64,000 bases of DNA from Deltaproteobacteria bacterium (GCA_022340465.1 JAJDNW010000085.1:10134-74133), one strand, 5' to 3'; shown: positions 19,835 to 28,528, counted from the stretch's first letter. Program-made: numbers and translations. Notes: generated by a model not told the origin, from the letters alone.

Positions 19835-21196
19835 TTACTGCTGTTGCGTCACTATTTCCATGAAATTCTTGCTCTCCACATAATCTGCAGGTACCTCGAA
19901 AAGAGATGGGTCGGGTGTCTTCAAGACGATATTCTTCAGCAGGGTTGAAAATTTCACCGTCTCGTTTTCCATTTCGCTTTTGATGATCATGTCGCCCAAA
20001 TCGGTGGCCCGCCAGACAAACCCCTCCTGCGGGGAAGCCTCGCCCTCGAAGATCACACGCACCTGATATTTGATCGTCGGGTGACCGTCGACGACCTCCC
20101 TGGCGACTTCCGTTCTGCTGACATCGGGTTTTGACTCGTAGGCACGCTCCGCATCCGGGTCAACCATGTATTTCTTCACCTTGGGGAAAAGCATGTAGGC
20201 CTTTTTCTCCCCGCCGTAGTGGATGCTGATCATTTTGCTGAAGGCAGGCGGCATCGATTCCCCCTGGGTCATGGACGCATAGTCGATTTCCGTCCGGAAC
20301 TTGCTGCCGGCCTTGGCAACCGGCATCTCGAAGTTTATCTGCCGGTTGTTCTGCTTGTCGACCGTGGTGGAAACCAGGATCGCCGAAAAGTCGCGGTCGC
20401 CGAAATCGACATACCCGAACACCGGTACGGCCGGCATGGGCACTTCGGGCATTTGCACAGCCCCGCCGGCCGGGGCTGCGGCTACAAGCGTGTCGCCGGG
20501 TCCCACGGGCAGTGTTTCGAAAACCAGCCGGATCATCTCGTCGGTTTCACGCCTGAGGTGCGTGCCGGTGGCTTTGGAAATCAGCTTGGTGCCCAGCCCG
20601 AGGGCCATGCCGGTGAGGATGCTTTCATTGTCGGAATTGCGGTCGATGATCACCCAGGGAACCTCTTCATCCTTGTCGCTGATGCCCGCCGCTAGAACGG
20701 CCACATCGCCGGCCGTACCGCCATGGGTGTCCTGGCTTTTTACGCCGATGCCGTTATGCCAGAAAACGCTGTCGTCCAGCGCGTTCACGAGCCTGAAGCG
20801 TCCCCTGACGTTCCTCGAGTTGTATACGCCGGTGGTGGTTTCGCTAAAGTCCATCAACTCACCGAAAAAAAGGCCTTCCACACCCAGTTTTTCTGCCAGC
20901 AGTTTACTTTCCGCCATTTCAAGCTGCCCCCCCATGGTGATACCCAGCTGGTCCACCAGGATCTGGTTGGTCTCGGCAAGCGGCTGGACATTGTACATGC
21001 GTCTTTCGAGTGCGGACACCAGGCGTTCCCGTACCATCTCCGGCGCATCGACGTCGTTGGTGTCATTGACCAGCGGCAGTACGGCAATACGCTTCAGAGG
21101 ATTACCCGGGTCTCCCGACGGTTTGGGCATGGGCATGGCGCACCCCACCATCAGCGCAAGCATTATCGATCCGGCCAACAGCTTCCACAACTTCAT
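19835..21196 (-). CDS. Fusion lipoprotein: DUF799/GNA1162-like N-half + LolA/DUF4412-like C-half
   Basis: Lipobox LMVGC. N-half RIAVLPLVNDTNDVDAPEMV..YNVQPL..LGVEGLFFGEL..RFRLVNALDDSVFWHNG fits the DUF799 pattern as I remember it. The C-half is beta-rich. The stop is 16 nt upstream of the CsgG-like start. Confidence 0.65.
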   Translation of the reverse strand: MKLWKLLAGSIMLALMVGCAMPMPKPSGDPGNPLKRIAVLPLVNDTNDVDAPEMVRERLVSALERRMYNVQPLAETNQILVDQLGITMGGQLEMAESKLLAEKLGVEGLFFGELMDFSETTTGVYNSRNVRGRFRLVNALDDSVFWHNGIGVKSQDTHGGTAGDVAVLAAGISDKDEEVPWVIIDRNSDNESILTGMALGLGTKLISKATGTHLRRETDEMIRLVFETLPVGPGDTLVAAAPAGGAVQMPEVPMPAVPVFGYVDFGDRDFSAILVSTTVDKQNNRQINFEMPVAKAGSKFRTEIDYASMTQGESMPPAFSKMISIHYGGEKKAYMLFPKVKKYMVDPDAERAYESKPDVSRTEVAREVVDGHPTIKYQVRVIFEGEASPQEGFVWRATDLGDMIIKSEMENETVKFSTLLKNIVLKTPDPSLFEVPADYVESKNFMEIVTQQQ

Positions 21197-21460
21197 TTCT
21201 CGCCCTCCATCCGCTCACGCCTGAGAAATATATATCCCAGGGATGAGCGCTTCTAAGTGAAAACTTCCCGCGGCAAACCGCCGGGTATCATCCGATCCGG
21301 CAGCGCCATCCACATCGAAATCGCTATCGAAACGACCCGATCCCGATTTGAACATTCACATTTTTATCGCCACCGTCATCGGCACCGCCAAATTTCTCCG
21401 GCCCGGCCCAACGAAGCAGGATTTCAATGCTTGCGTAAACAGACAAGCCTCCCCGGCGGA

Positions 21461-22651
21461 TCACTCAAACGCCAACTGAATACGGTTCTGGGAAACCCCG
21501 GTCACGTTGATCCTGAAGTCGCCGTAGTCGATAGTGACCATTTCATCGGCGAGCGTCTGGGTTCGTCTGGAAGCCTTCAGGTCCATGACGGCCAGGCCCT
21601 GTTCGAAGCTGCGCTGGTACATACCGGACACCCCCCGGATCTGTGCCTGCACTTTTTCCTTGAACACCACCAGCTGGCTGTAGTCGGTGACACCAGAAAT
21701 TTCCAAACGTATCAGGGAACCGCCGCTCACCTCCTGATTCCAGCGCGCGGTTATCTGCGTGATCAGGTTGTCCGCGATGGATTCGGCCGCCGTCTTCAAT
21801 GCCTTCGAACCGGCGGTCACCTCACTGGGGTGCACCGCCGCGGCATGTTCCGTCGCCGAAGCGATCACCCGGGCGTTGTCCGTATTCACCGCCCGCAGGG
21901 ATATGTCCGCCATGGCCGATTTCATGGAACTGTTCATCACCGACCCGGCCAACTTCGCCAACGCCTTACCGTATATAACCACTTCCGCATCGTACAGTCT
22001 GCCGATGGTCACCACATCCTCTGTGGAAAGGGATTCCGTCCTGTAGGGCTTACTGATTTGAATATCTCCCGATGCCGTGGCCGGATCGATGACCACAAAG
22101 CCCTTCCCGCTCAACTGTTCCATGAGGGTGTTTTCGGTAACGGTCAGATCGGCATTTTCGGTTTTGAGCCCCCACCAGAAGCTGTAATAGTGCCTCCCGA
22201 TATTTTGCTCGGCCACCATGAGCATGACCCGGGGCAAGTTTTTTCTTTCCATCAGCAACCCCATCGCCATGAGGTCATCCTGTAAATGCCCTTTTTTAAC
22301 CGTTGCCTGAACGGTCACCCGGAACAGGGAGTCCTCCGTCTTTTCATCGACGATGGTATATCCCTGAACGTAGCCCTGTGTTTTTGAATAGATCCGGTCC
22401 CTCAGCACTTCGTAATTCTTGACCAGCGTCTCGGAGGCGACCATGGTTCCCACCGCTTGTTCCACGGCGATGCGCAGGGCATCCTGGATAGCATCGTCCC
22501 GGGCCCGCGCCTTGTTGCCGGATTCGATGACGCCCACCCCTTCCGCAGTCGTACTGACAGTGGCGGCGTCTTCTGCTGAAACGATTGAAACGGTTGAAAC
22601 GGTAAAACAAACGAGGAAAAGAAAAGTGAGATAAACACGATGAAGGTTCAT
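21461..22651 (-). CDS. Secreted FlgT_N/LPP20-like periplasmic protein
   Basis: Start moved to the ATG at 22651 (MNLHRVYLTFLFLVCFTVSTVSIVSA, Sec signal). The N-domain EGVGVIESGNKARARDDAIQDALRIAVEQAVG..YSKTQGYVQGY resembles LPP20/FlgT_N; an alpha/beta middle domain and a small C-domain follow. Confidence 0.55.
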   Translation of the reverse strand: MNLHRVYLTFLFLVCFTVSTVSIVSAEDAATVSTTAEGVGVIESGNKARARDDAIQDALRIAVEQAVGTMVASETLVKNYEVLRDRIYSKTQGYVQGYTIVDEKTEDSLFRVTVQATVKKGHLQDDLMAMGLLMERKNLPRVMLMVAEQNIGRHYYSFWWGLKTENADLTVTENTLMEQLSGKGFVVIDPATASGDIQISKPYRTESLSTEDVVTIGRLYDAEVVIYGKALAKLAGSVMNSSMKSAMADISLRAVNTDNARVIASATEHAAAVHPSEVTAGSKALKTAAESIADNLITQITARWNQEVSGGSLIRLEISGVTDYSQLVVFKEKVQAQIRGVSGMYQRSFEQGLAVMDLKASRRTQTLADEMVTIDYGDFRINVTGVSQNRIQLAFE

Positions 22652-22801
22652 AGCGGTCCGTCGCTCCTGAAATCTTGTGTTTAAACAGTCGGGTACGATG
22701 TCACAAATACCTGACAGTGTCAAGGCAGACGCGTTTCCGGCGCACCCCCCCCTTCGACCGGCACCCGCAGGTCAACCGTTCGCAAAAAGCGAGCGAGATG
22801 A

Positions 22802-22849
22802 GCTCATAGCTGACAGCATGCCATGAGCTATGACCTGTCAGCTATGAGC
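22802..22849. repeat. GCTCATAGCTGACAG palindromic element, copy A
   Basis: Perfect 15-bp arms GCTCATAGCTGACAG (22802-22816) and CTGTCAGCTATGAGC (22835-22849), 18-nt spacer. Lies between the murI stop and the FlgT-like start. Confidence 0.85.
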
Positions 22850-22875
22850 CCACCTTAAGTTTCACCCGCCCATGT

Positions 22876-23673
22876 TTAGGCCAGTGTGCAATCCTGAAAG
22901 GAAAGGTTCCGGCCGAACATCTTTTTCCCGGCGGATGCGGTGCCCCCGGTTATTTCTGTCAGGTAATAGGTTCTGGTCGCCTGCGCACCGCCGGCCCCCT
23001 CTTCCTGCACCCGGGAGCGCAACAACTTTTCGGCATACGCGCTCACACCGGCCGAGCTGTCCACCACCAGGGTCCGCTTGCCGATTTTCCGCTGTATGAG
23101 GTCCCTTGCAGCACTGTAGTAGCTGCAGCCCATGACCAGCGCATCGACCCGCCTCGTTTTGAGGGGGTGCAGGTATTTCTTCACGATCATGCGGGTCTCG
23201 GGCCTGCCCTCCCACCCGTTTTCGATCAGGGGAACCAGCAAAGGCGTTGCCCTGGCATATACCCTGGCTTCGGGATGGCGCTGTTTTATCAGCTCGTCGA
23301 ACACACCGTCCCTGACAGCGGCTTCGGTGCCGATGATACCGATACGGCGGCAGCGGGGAAATTGTCCCAACCGTTCCACCGACGAAGTGACCGCGTCGAC
23401 CACCGGCACGCTCGAGGTACCGCCCGAGCGTCGCAACCACGCGGCGGATCCCGCCACACATGCCAGTACGATCAGCGTCGCCCCTCGGTCGGCTAAAAAC
23501 CGGATTCCCTGATCCACGCAGGCCGCAATCCTGGCCGCACGTCTTCCCCCGTAGGGGAAACGGCCCGTATCCCCCAGGTAGATCATATCCGTCCCGGGCA
23601 GTGCGTCCCCCAGAGCCCGCGCCACCCTCAGCCCGCCAAGACCGGAATCGAAAATGCCGATGACGGTGGCCAT
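22876..23673 (-). CDS. murI: Glutamate racemase
   Basis: IGIFDSGLGGLRVARAL..YLGDTGRFPYG..LVLACV..LVMGCSYY (the two catalytic Cys contexts). Confidence 0.93.
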   Translation of the reverse strand: MATVIGIFDSGLGGLRVARALGDALPGTDMIYLGDTGRFPYGGRRAARIAACVDQGIRFLADRGATLIVLACVAGSAAWLRRSGGTSSVPVVDAVTSSVERLGQFPRCRRIGIIGTEAAVRDGVFDELIKQRHPEARVYARATPLLVPLIENGWEGRPETRMIVKKYLHPLKTRRVDALVMGCSYYSAARDLIQRKIGKRTLVVDSSAGVSAYAEKLLRSRVQEEGAGGAQATRTYYLTEITGGTASAGKKMFGRNLSFQDCTLA

Positions 23674-23737
23674 TCAACTATCCCCTAAATTGTTAGCAAT
23701 ATTATGTCATATACCATTCGACGTGCCCGGGTGGTTT

Positions 23738-24157
23738 TCATTCATTTTCCAGCATGGCTTCCACACACTTCTTCACGACATCGGCCGGAACGCCCTTGCG
23801 GATACCGGGGCACATGGAGGCCATCTTCTCCCAATTGGACGGGTCGCACAGAAGGCTGCGGATGAAGGGCCACTCCCGGCACATCCTGGGTTTTACCGGA
23901 TGGATACCACACATCCTGTCGCGCCAGAAAATGCAGAAACCGTTTTCCTGCTGGGACAACACCGCTTTCCCGCCCGAGTCATCACAATATTTTTTTTCGA
24001 AACCGCGGATGTCTTCGCCGATATATGCCGCTATGGCCCGCATCTCCTCGCGACTGACGTATGTGCCCCCATATCCCCGGCAGCACTCTCCGCACTGCAC
24101 ACAGGTAAAGATGCTCTCGCCGCGGTAAACGCACGACGCTTCTTTTTCAAACGGCAT
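23738..24157 (-). CDS. YkgJ-family cysteine-cluster protein (UPF0153)
   Basis: CVQCGECCRGYGG..FCIFW..MCGIH..KPRMCREWPF; overlaps the recR stop by 11 nt. Confidence 0.8.
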   Translation of the reverse strand: MPFEKEASCVYRGESIFTCVQCGECCRGYGGTYVSREEMRAIAAYIGEDIRGFEKKYCDDSGGKAVLSQQENGFCIFWRDRMCGIHPVKPRMCREWPFIRSLLCDPSNWEKMASMCPGIRKGVPADVVKKCVEAMLENE

Positions 24158-24746
24158 GGCGGCTTTCCATGGCTTTTCTCAGGGTGACCTGATCCACATA
24201 TTTCAGGTCTCCCCCTATGGGTACGCCGGAAGCTATTCTGGTCACCTCGACCGGGTGGCCTTTCAGAATATCGGCAATATAGCCGGCCGTCGACTCGCCT
24301 TCCAGGTTGGTTCCCGTAGCGATGACAACCTCCTTTACCTCGCCGCTCTTTACCCTCTCTATCAGCTCCTTCAGGTTGATATCGTCGGGTCCGATACCGT
24401 TCATGGGAGAAAGCGCGCCGTTGAGAATGTGGTACATCCCCTTGAATGAACCCGACCTTTCAATGGAAGCCATGTCTGCCGGCTGCTCCACCACACACAG
24501 CAGGGACGCATCCCTTGCCGGGTCCCCGCATATCCTGCACAACGCGCCGTCGCTCATTCCCATGCATCTGGGACAGATCCGTATCTTGTCCTTGAGGTCG
24601 GCGATGGCGCCGGCCAGGCTGTCGACGTCGGAGCGTTTCATCTTGAGCATGTGAGCCGCCAGGCGCTCGGCGGTCTTTTCCCCGATTCCCGGCAGCCTTG
24701 CCAGGTTTTTAATCAAATTCAGAACCGATTCTGGATAGTGGTACAT
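24147..24746 (-). CDS. recR: Recombination protein RecR
   Basis: HhH LPGIGEKTAERLA, zinc finger CPRCMGMSDGALCRIC, Toprim VVEQPADMASIE..VVIATGTNLEGE. Confidence 0.96.
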   Translation of the reverse strand: MYHYPESVLNLIKNLARLPGIGEKTAERLAAHMLKMKRSDVDSLAGAIADLKDKIRICPRCMGMSDGALCRICGDPARDASLLCVVEQPADMASIERSGSFKGMYHILNGALSPMNGIGPDDINLKELIERVKSGEVKEVVIATGTNLEGESTAGYIADILKGHPVEVTRIASGVPIGGDLKYVDQVTLRKAMESRHAV

Positions 24747-24749
24747 CGC

Positions 24750-25061
24750 TTACATGAGCCCCGGTATGTTCATGCCCCCCGTCAGCTTGCTCATCTCCCC
24801 CGACACCATTTCCTGGGACCGGTTCAGCGCATCGTTCACGGCCGCCAGAACCAGATCCTGGAGCATTTCCACATCATCGGGATCGACCACTTCTTTTTCT
24901 ATGGTGATGGAAACCACCTGCTGCTTACCGTTGGCGACGACCCTGATCATGCCGCCGCCGGCGGATGCCTCCACCGTTCTCCCGGCAAGCTCCTCCTGCA
25001 TCTTCATCATCTTGGTCTGGAGCTGCTGGGCTTGCTTCATCATTTTTCCCATACCCTTCAT
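24750..25061 (-). CDS. ybaB: Nucleoid-associated protein YbaB/EbfC
   Basis: Start moved to the ATG at 25061 (MKGMGKMMKQAQQLQTKMMKMQEEL), preceded by GAGGAGG. The 55 upstream codons of the track ORF are unsupported. Confidence 0.93.
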   Translation of the reverse strand: MKGMGKMMKQAQQLQTKMMKMQEELAGRTVEASAGGGMIRVVANGKQQVVSITIEKEVVDPDDVEMLQDLVLAAVNDALNRSQEMVSGEMSKLTGGMNIPGLM

Positions 25062-25166
25062 CGAATCTCCTCCTCGTATAGCGCTTACGCATATAACTGC
25101 TGAATTCCAATATTGAAACACTAATTGACGAAAAAAACACCCCGACGGATCGGTTATTTTAAGAAT

Positions 25167-25229
25167 TGTGTTCGTTGCGTTCGTCGCATGAGACGCTAAC
25201 CCAATAAACCCTGATCCCTCACGCAACGC
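25167..25229. repeat. GT-word / CA-word module (second copy of the 7573-type)
   Basis: GTGTTCGTTGCGTTCGTCGC..GACGCTAACCCAATAAACCCTGATCCCTCACGCAACGC. CGTTGCGT (25173-25180) pairs with ACGCAACG (25221-25228). Confidence 0.5.
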
Positions 25230-25241
25230 GGGGACCGGGCG

Positions 25242-26948
25242 TCAGGCGTCGACCTTGACATCCACCAGCTTCCCGTTGAAGATTTCGATGGCATCCGCAA
25301 CCAGGGGATGGTCCAGCACCTCCCGCTTCAAACGGTCGGCCTCGTCCTTTTTACGCTTTTTTTTTTGTTCGTCCCTGTGCCGGCCCATTCGGACGGACAG
25401 GGCCACCCGCCTGCCAAGGCAGGCCCCGCACGCCGCCTCCAGGTCTTTCAGGCTGTCCTTGCGATTGATTCGGTTGAAATTGAAACGGCTGCCATTGACC
25501 TCGATTTCGAGCCTGACGGCATCAGGATCCTCGCGGCAATCCACCAGCCTTGAATTTGTCAGGTTGGCGGCCATCGACGGGTGCCTCTCGCCGATGGCAT
25601 CCAGCATCTTTTCCCATGCGCGCTCCCGTCCGGCTTCGGTGGTCATCGACACCGCGGCAGGGGTGTCGCCCGGCGGCTTTTTATCGGTATCCGCCCCGCT
25701 TTCCGACCGGTTTTCCACCGGGGTTTCCGGCGTCTGCGCTGCCGCCTGCCGGACCGGAGCGCCGGGGGCGCGCCCTGCCGGCGGGAGCTGTCCCGTTACC
25801 GGCCCGACCGTCTTACGCAGTTCGTCCAGTTTTTCGATCAAATCGCCGATGGGCAACAGCGGCGTCACCTCGTGGAGTCGGATCATCTCGATCTCAAAGG
25901 CCATCTTGGGATTGGTCGACCAGCGAATCTCCTTCTCCGCCTTGAAAAGCATTTCCAGTATCTGGTTGATATGCAGAGACGAAACCTTTTGAACGCGGGC
26001 CTGCATCGACCGAATTTCCTTTTCGGGAAGGTCCAGAACCCTGTTCGGCGCCGCCACGAGCTTGATAACGGCAAGATCCCTGAAATACCGGATCAGAGCC
26101 GCGTGGAATTCGGGAATGCTGTGGCCGAAAGCGTACACCCCGGCGACGATTTCCAGCACCGATGTGAGATCCCGATTCAGGATGGCCTCCGCGATGTCGG
26201 TTATGCTTTGGCGATCGACGACGCCCAGGATGTCGTTGACGGCCTCCAGGGAAACCGGCCCGGAAACACCCGATATCACCTGGTCCAACAGGCTCAATGC
26301 ATCGCGCATGCTGCCGCCGGCCTGTTCGGCGATGCGGTCCAGCGCTTTCGGCGCCGTGTCGATGCCTTCACTTCGGCAGATGGCGGCCATGTGCCCGGCA
26401 ATGGCATCGCCGTCCATGCGTTTCAGGTCATGCCGCTGGCACCGGGACAGAATCGTCACCGGGATTTTCTGCGGTTCGGTTGTCGCCATCAGGAACATGA
26501 TGTGCGGCGGCGGCTCTTCAAGGGTTTTCAAAAGGGCGTTGAAGGCCGGCGTGCTGAGCATGTGCACTTCATCGATGATGTAGATTTTGAACCGGCTGTG
26601 GGCGGGCATATATTTTATGTTCCCGCGCAGCTCGCGTATCTGGTCGACGCCGTTGTTGGAGGCCCCATCGATCTCGTAGACATCCGCTCCGCTTCCGCCG
26701 GTAATCTCCCTGCAGGAACGGCACGCGTTGCAAGGGGTCTGCGTGGGGCCTTTTTCACAGTTCATGGCCTTTGCCAGGATGCGCGCAATGGTCGTCTTCC
26801 CCGTTCCCCTGGGGCCGGTGAACAGGATGGCATGCGCCACACGCTCCGATGCAATGGCGTTGGCAATGGTCCGCGTCACGTGATCCTGCTGGACCACATC
26901 GTCGAAGGTTTGCGGGCGGTATTTACGAGCGAGAACCAGATAAGACAT
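25242..26948 (-). CDS. dnaX: DNA polymerase III subunits tau/gamma
   Basis: Walker A GPRGTGKTT, zinc module CNACRSC, IIDEVHML, sensor ILSRCQ. 568 aa. No Shine-Dalgarno sequence is visible upstream. Confidence 0.95.
   Translation of the reverse strand: MSYLVLARKYRPQTFDDVVQQDHVTRTIANAIASERVAHAILFTGPRGTGKTTIARILAKAMNCEKGPTQTPCNACRSCREITGGSGADVYEIDGASNNGVDQIRELRGNIKYMPAHSRFKIYIIDEVHMLSTPAFNALLKTLEEPPPHIMFLMATTEPQKIPVTILSRCQRHDLKRMDGDAIAGHMAAICRSEGIDTAPKALDRIAEQAGGSMRDALSLLDQVISGVSGPVSLEAVNDILGVVDRQSITDIAEAILNRDLTSVLEIVAGVYAFGHSIPEFHAALIRYFRDLAVIKLVAAPNRVLDLPEKEIRSMQARVQKVSSLHINQILEMLFKAEKEIRWSTNPKMAFEIEMIRLHEVTPLLPIGDLIEKLDELRKTVGPVTGQLPPAGRAPGAPVRQAAAQTPETPVENRSESGADTDKKPPGDTPAAVSMTTEAGRERAWEKMLDAIGERHPSMAANLTNSRLVDCREDPDAVRLEIEVNGSRFNFNRINRKDSLKDLEAACGACLGRRVALSVRMGRHRDEQKKKRKKDEADRLKREVLDHPLVADAIEIFNGKLVDVKVDA
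25351..25376 (-). other. Candidate -1 programmed frameshift / slippage cassette inside dnaX
   Basis: The mRNA reads AGGGAC GAA CA A AAA AAG CGU AAA. There is an A10 run at 25357-25366, with the in-frame heptamer A AAA AAG at 25362-25356. The -1 frame gives AAA AAA GCG UAA. Confidence 0.3.
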
Positions 26949-27166
26949 GGTATTGTAACGGGTTTTTCAAACGTTGTTAAAACAGCGTTAAGCCTCCAGC
27001 CCCTGGGCTGTAATAAAAAAAAACGCTTTCATCTGCCTGCACATGAGCGCTGTGTATTTCGGAACAGGCGTATGACAACCGCTATTACTATAGTAGATCG
27101 CACCCCATAAGTCCACACGAATCGTTGGGGGCGTCAGTGGTTCTCCACTGCGGGAAGGGTGAAAAG

Positions 27167-27260
27167 TGGCGGAGAGAGAGGGATTCGAACCCTCGGTACC
27201 GCTTTTGGCAGCACACACGATTTCCAGTCGTGCTCCTTCAGCCAGCTCGGACATCTCTCC
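27167..27260 (-). tRNA. tRNA-Ser (anticodon GGA)
   Basis: GGAGAGATGTCCGAGC..anticodon loop CUGGAAA..long variable arm..GGTTCGAATCCCTCTCTCTCCGCCA. Acceptor stem GGAGAGA/TCTCTCC; CCA encoded. Confidence 0.9.
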
Positions 27261-27449
27261 GTTTTACTGCGGGCGATCGGCCGCTTCAGCCAATCCTCTT
27301 CGGCTCGGGACATGCCGGCTCGACGTTGCAACCTCGAGGCCTGTCGACATATCCGTTTTCCCGAAAAGCGCACGCCACCCTCGCACACCTCATTGAAATT
27401 GTCAAGGTGGGATGGCGTCGTTGGAAAAACGGCCGGAGCCGAAAAAGCG

Positions 27450-27539
27450 TGGCGGAAGAGCAGGGATTCGAACCCTGGAAACGCGTGAACGTTTACTGCT
27501 TTTCGAGAGCAGCGCCTTCAACCACTCGGCCACTCTTCC
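27450..27539 (-). tRNA. tRNA-Ser (anticodon CGA)
   Basis: GGAAGAGTGGCCGAGTGGTTGAAGGCG..anticodon loop CUCGAAA..variable arm..GGTTCGAATCCCTGCTCTTCCGCCA; CCA encoded. Confidence 0.9.
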
Positions 27540-27630
27540 CTATTTTCCCGGGGGGCCCGGAACACCGCGACCCCACAGCTGGGGGTCGGAGGCACACGCC
27601 GCATCCGCTCCCTGATCTTGTTCGGGCACC

Positions 27631-27659
27631 ACTATAATGATTATGCCCTGCTTGTCAAG
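27631..27659 (-). promoter_or_regulatory. Near-consensus sigma70 promoter driving the tRNA-Ser tandem
   Basis: Minus strand: TTGACA (27659-27654), 17 nt, TATAGT (27636-27631). The predicted start lies ~85 nt upstream of tRNA-Ser(CGA). Confidence 0.55.
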
Positions 27660-27716
27660 CAAGGGGCTATTTTTCTTCATGAAAACAGTGAAGCCGCCCG
27701 TTGTCGTCCGCCGTCC

Positions 27717-28481
27717 TCACGCTGGCGGGTTGAACATGCGGCTCAATTCTTCGGTGTAGCCGCCCCCATCCCGGAATATGATCAGCGGCTTGCCGATCGT
27801 CATCCCCGGGCTGCCCGCTTTTACACCCTCCACCAGAACCAGGCGGGCGTCGCCGGCGGCGCGGGAATGAATCGTACGCACGGTTTTGGGCTCGATGTTG
27901 CTGCGACGCATCTGCGAAAACAGGTCGACCAGGCGTTCCCCGCCGTAAATGCACAAAAATTTACCGGCGGTCCTGAGCATGCGTGCAGCCGTCGACAGAA
28001 CGCCGGCCAGATCCACCTTGAGTTCGTGCCGCGCAACCGCCCGCTGGCTGTCGGGATTGATCCTTCCCGATGAAACCCGGTAGTAAGGCGGGTTGCTGAC
28101 GACGATGTCGACAGGGCCTGAGAGGGTGGCCGGTTGCAGGTGCTGCATATCCATGCCGATGATTTCGATGCGTTCTGCCAAGCCGTTGGTCCCTGCATTG
28201 CTCCGGGCCATTTCCGCCAGGTCTGACTGGATTTCCACGCCGAACAGTCTCACATCCGGGTGCCTGTAAGCGACTATCAGGGGAATGATGCCGCAACCGG
28301 TCCCCAGATCGAGTATCCGGTCCCCGGGTCTGGGCCGGACCTGATTTGCCAGTATGACCGCATCGATGGAATAGCGGTACCCCGACCGGGCCTGCCGAAC
28401 CGTTATTTTTCCATTGAAAAAGGTGTCGGTGGTAACTAATTTTTCAGGTTCCATTTTTGAATATTCACCAAAACGGACCAC
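27717..28481 (-). CDS. SAM-dependent methyltransferase, tRNA (adenine-N6) TrmN6/YfiC-like
   Basis: SAM motif ILDLGTGCGIIPL and N6-adenine motif VVSNPPYY. Start uncertain (GTG 28481 or ATG 28454). Confidence 0.7.
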   Translation of the reverse strand: MVRFGEYSKMEPEKLVTTDTFFNGKITVRQARSGYRYSIDAVILANQVRPRPGDRILDLGTGCGIIPLIVAYRHPDVRLFGVEIQSDLAEMARSNAGTNGLAERIEIIGMDMQHLQPATLSGPVDIVVSNPPYYRVSSGRINPDSQRAVARHELKVDLAGVLSTAARMLRTAGKFLCIYGGERLVDLFSQMRRSNIEPKTVRTIHSRAAGDARLVLVEGVKAGSPGMTIGKPLIIFRDGGGYTEELSRMFNPPA

Positions 28482-28528
28482 TTAGAATCGCTTTCGTATG
28501 GTTGCCGCAAGCAGCTGAAGATGAAAAA

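Noticed and set aside
22862-23677. 271-aa minus-strand ORF overlapping murI in another frame
   Set aside because: The 22876-23673 frame carries the glutamate racemase motifs. This frame is Arg/Gly-rich noise.
26952-26980. TTAACA-17-TACAAT promoter-like pair directly upstream of dnaX
   Set aside because: The -10 ends only 3 nt before the ATG, so a normal start site would fall inside the coding sequence. It is probably coincidental. How dnaX is translated without an SD remains open.
25581-27110. 509-aa plus-strand ORF
   Set aside because: Antisense shadow of dnaX, and it runs on through the dnaX-tRNA spacer. No recognisable domain.
27540-27625. Possible SRP (4.5S) RNA, because the minus strand contains ..GGAUGCGGCGUGUGCC..AGCUG..GGGCCCCCC, resembling the 3' half of E. 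coli 4.5S RNA
   Set aside because: The conserved domain IV core (GGUCCGGAAGGAAGCAGCC with its GNRA tetraloop) is absent here and in 26949-27166, and the segment starts only ~7 nt after a strong promoter. I treat it as a tRNA leader. An Infernal scan would settle this.
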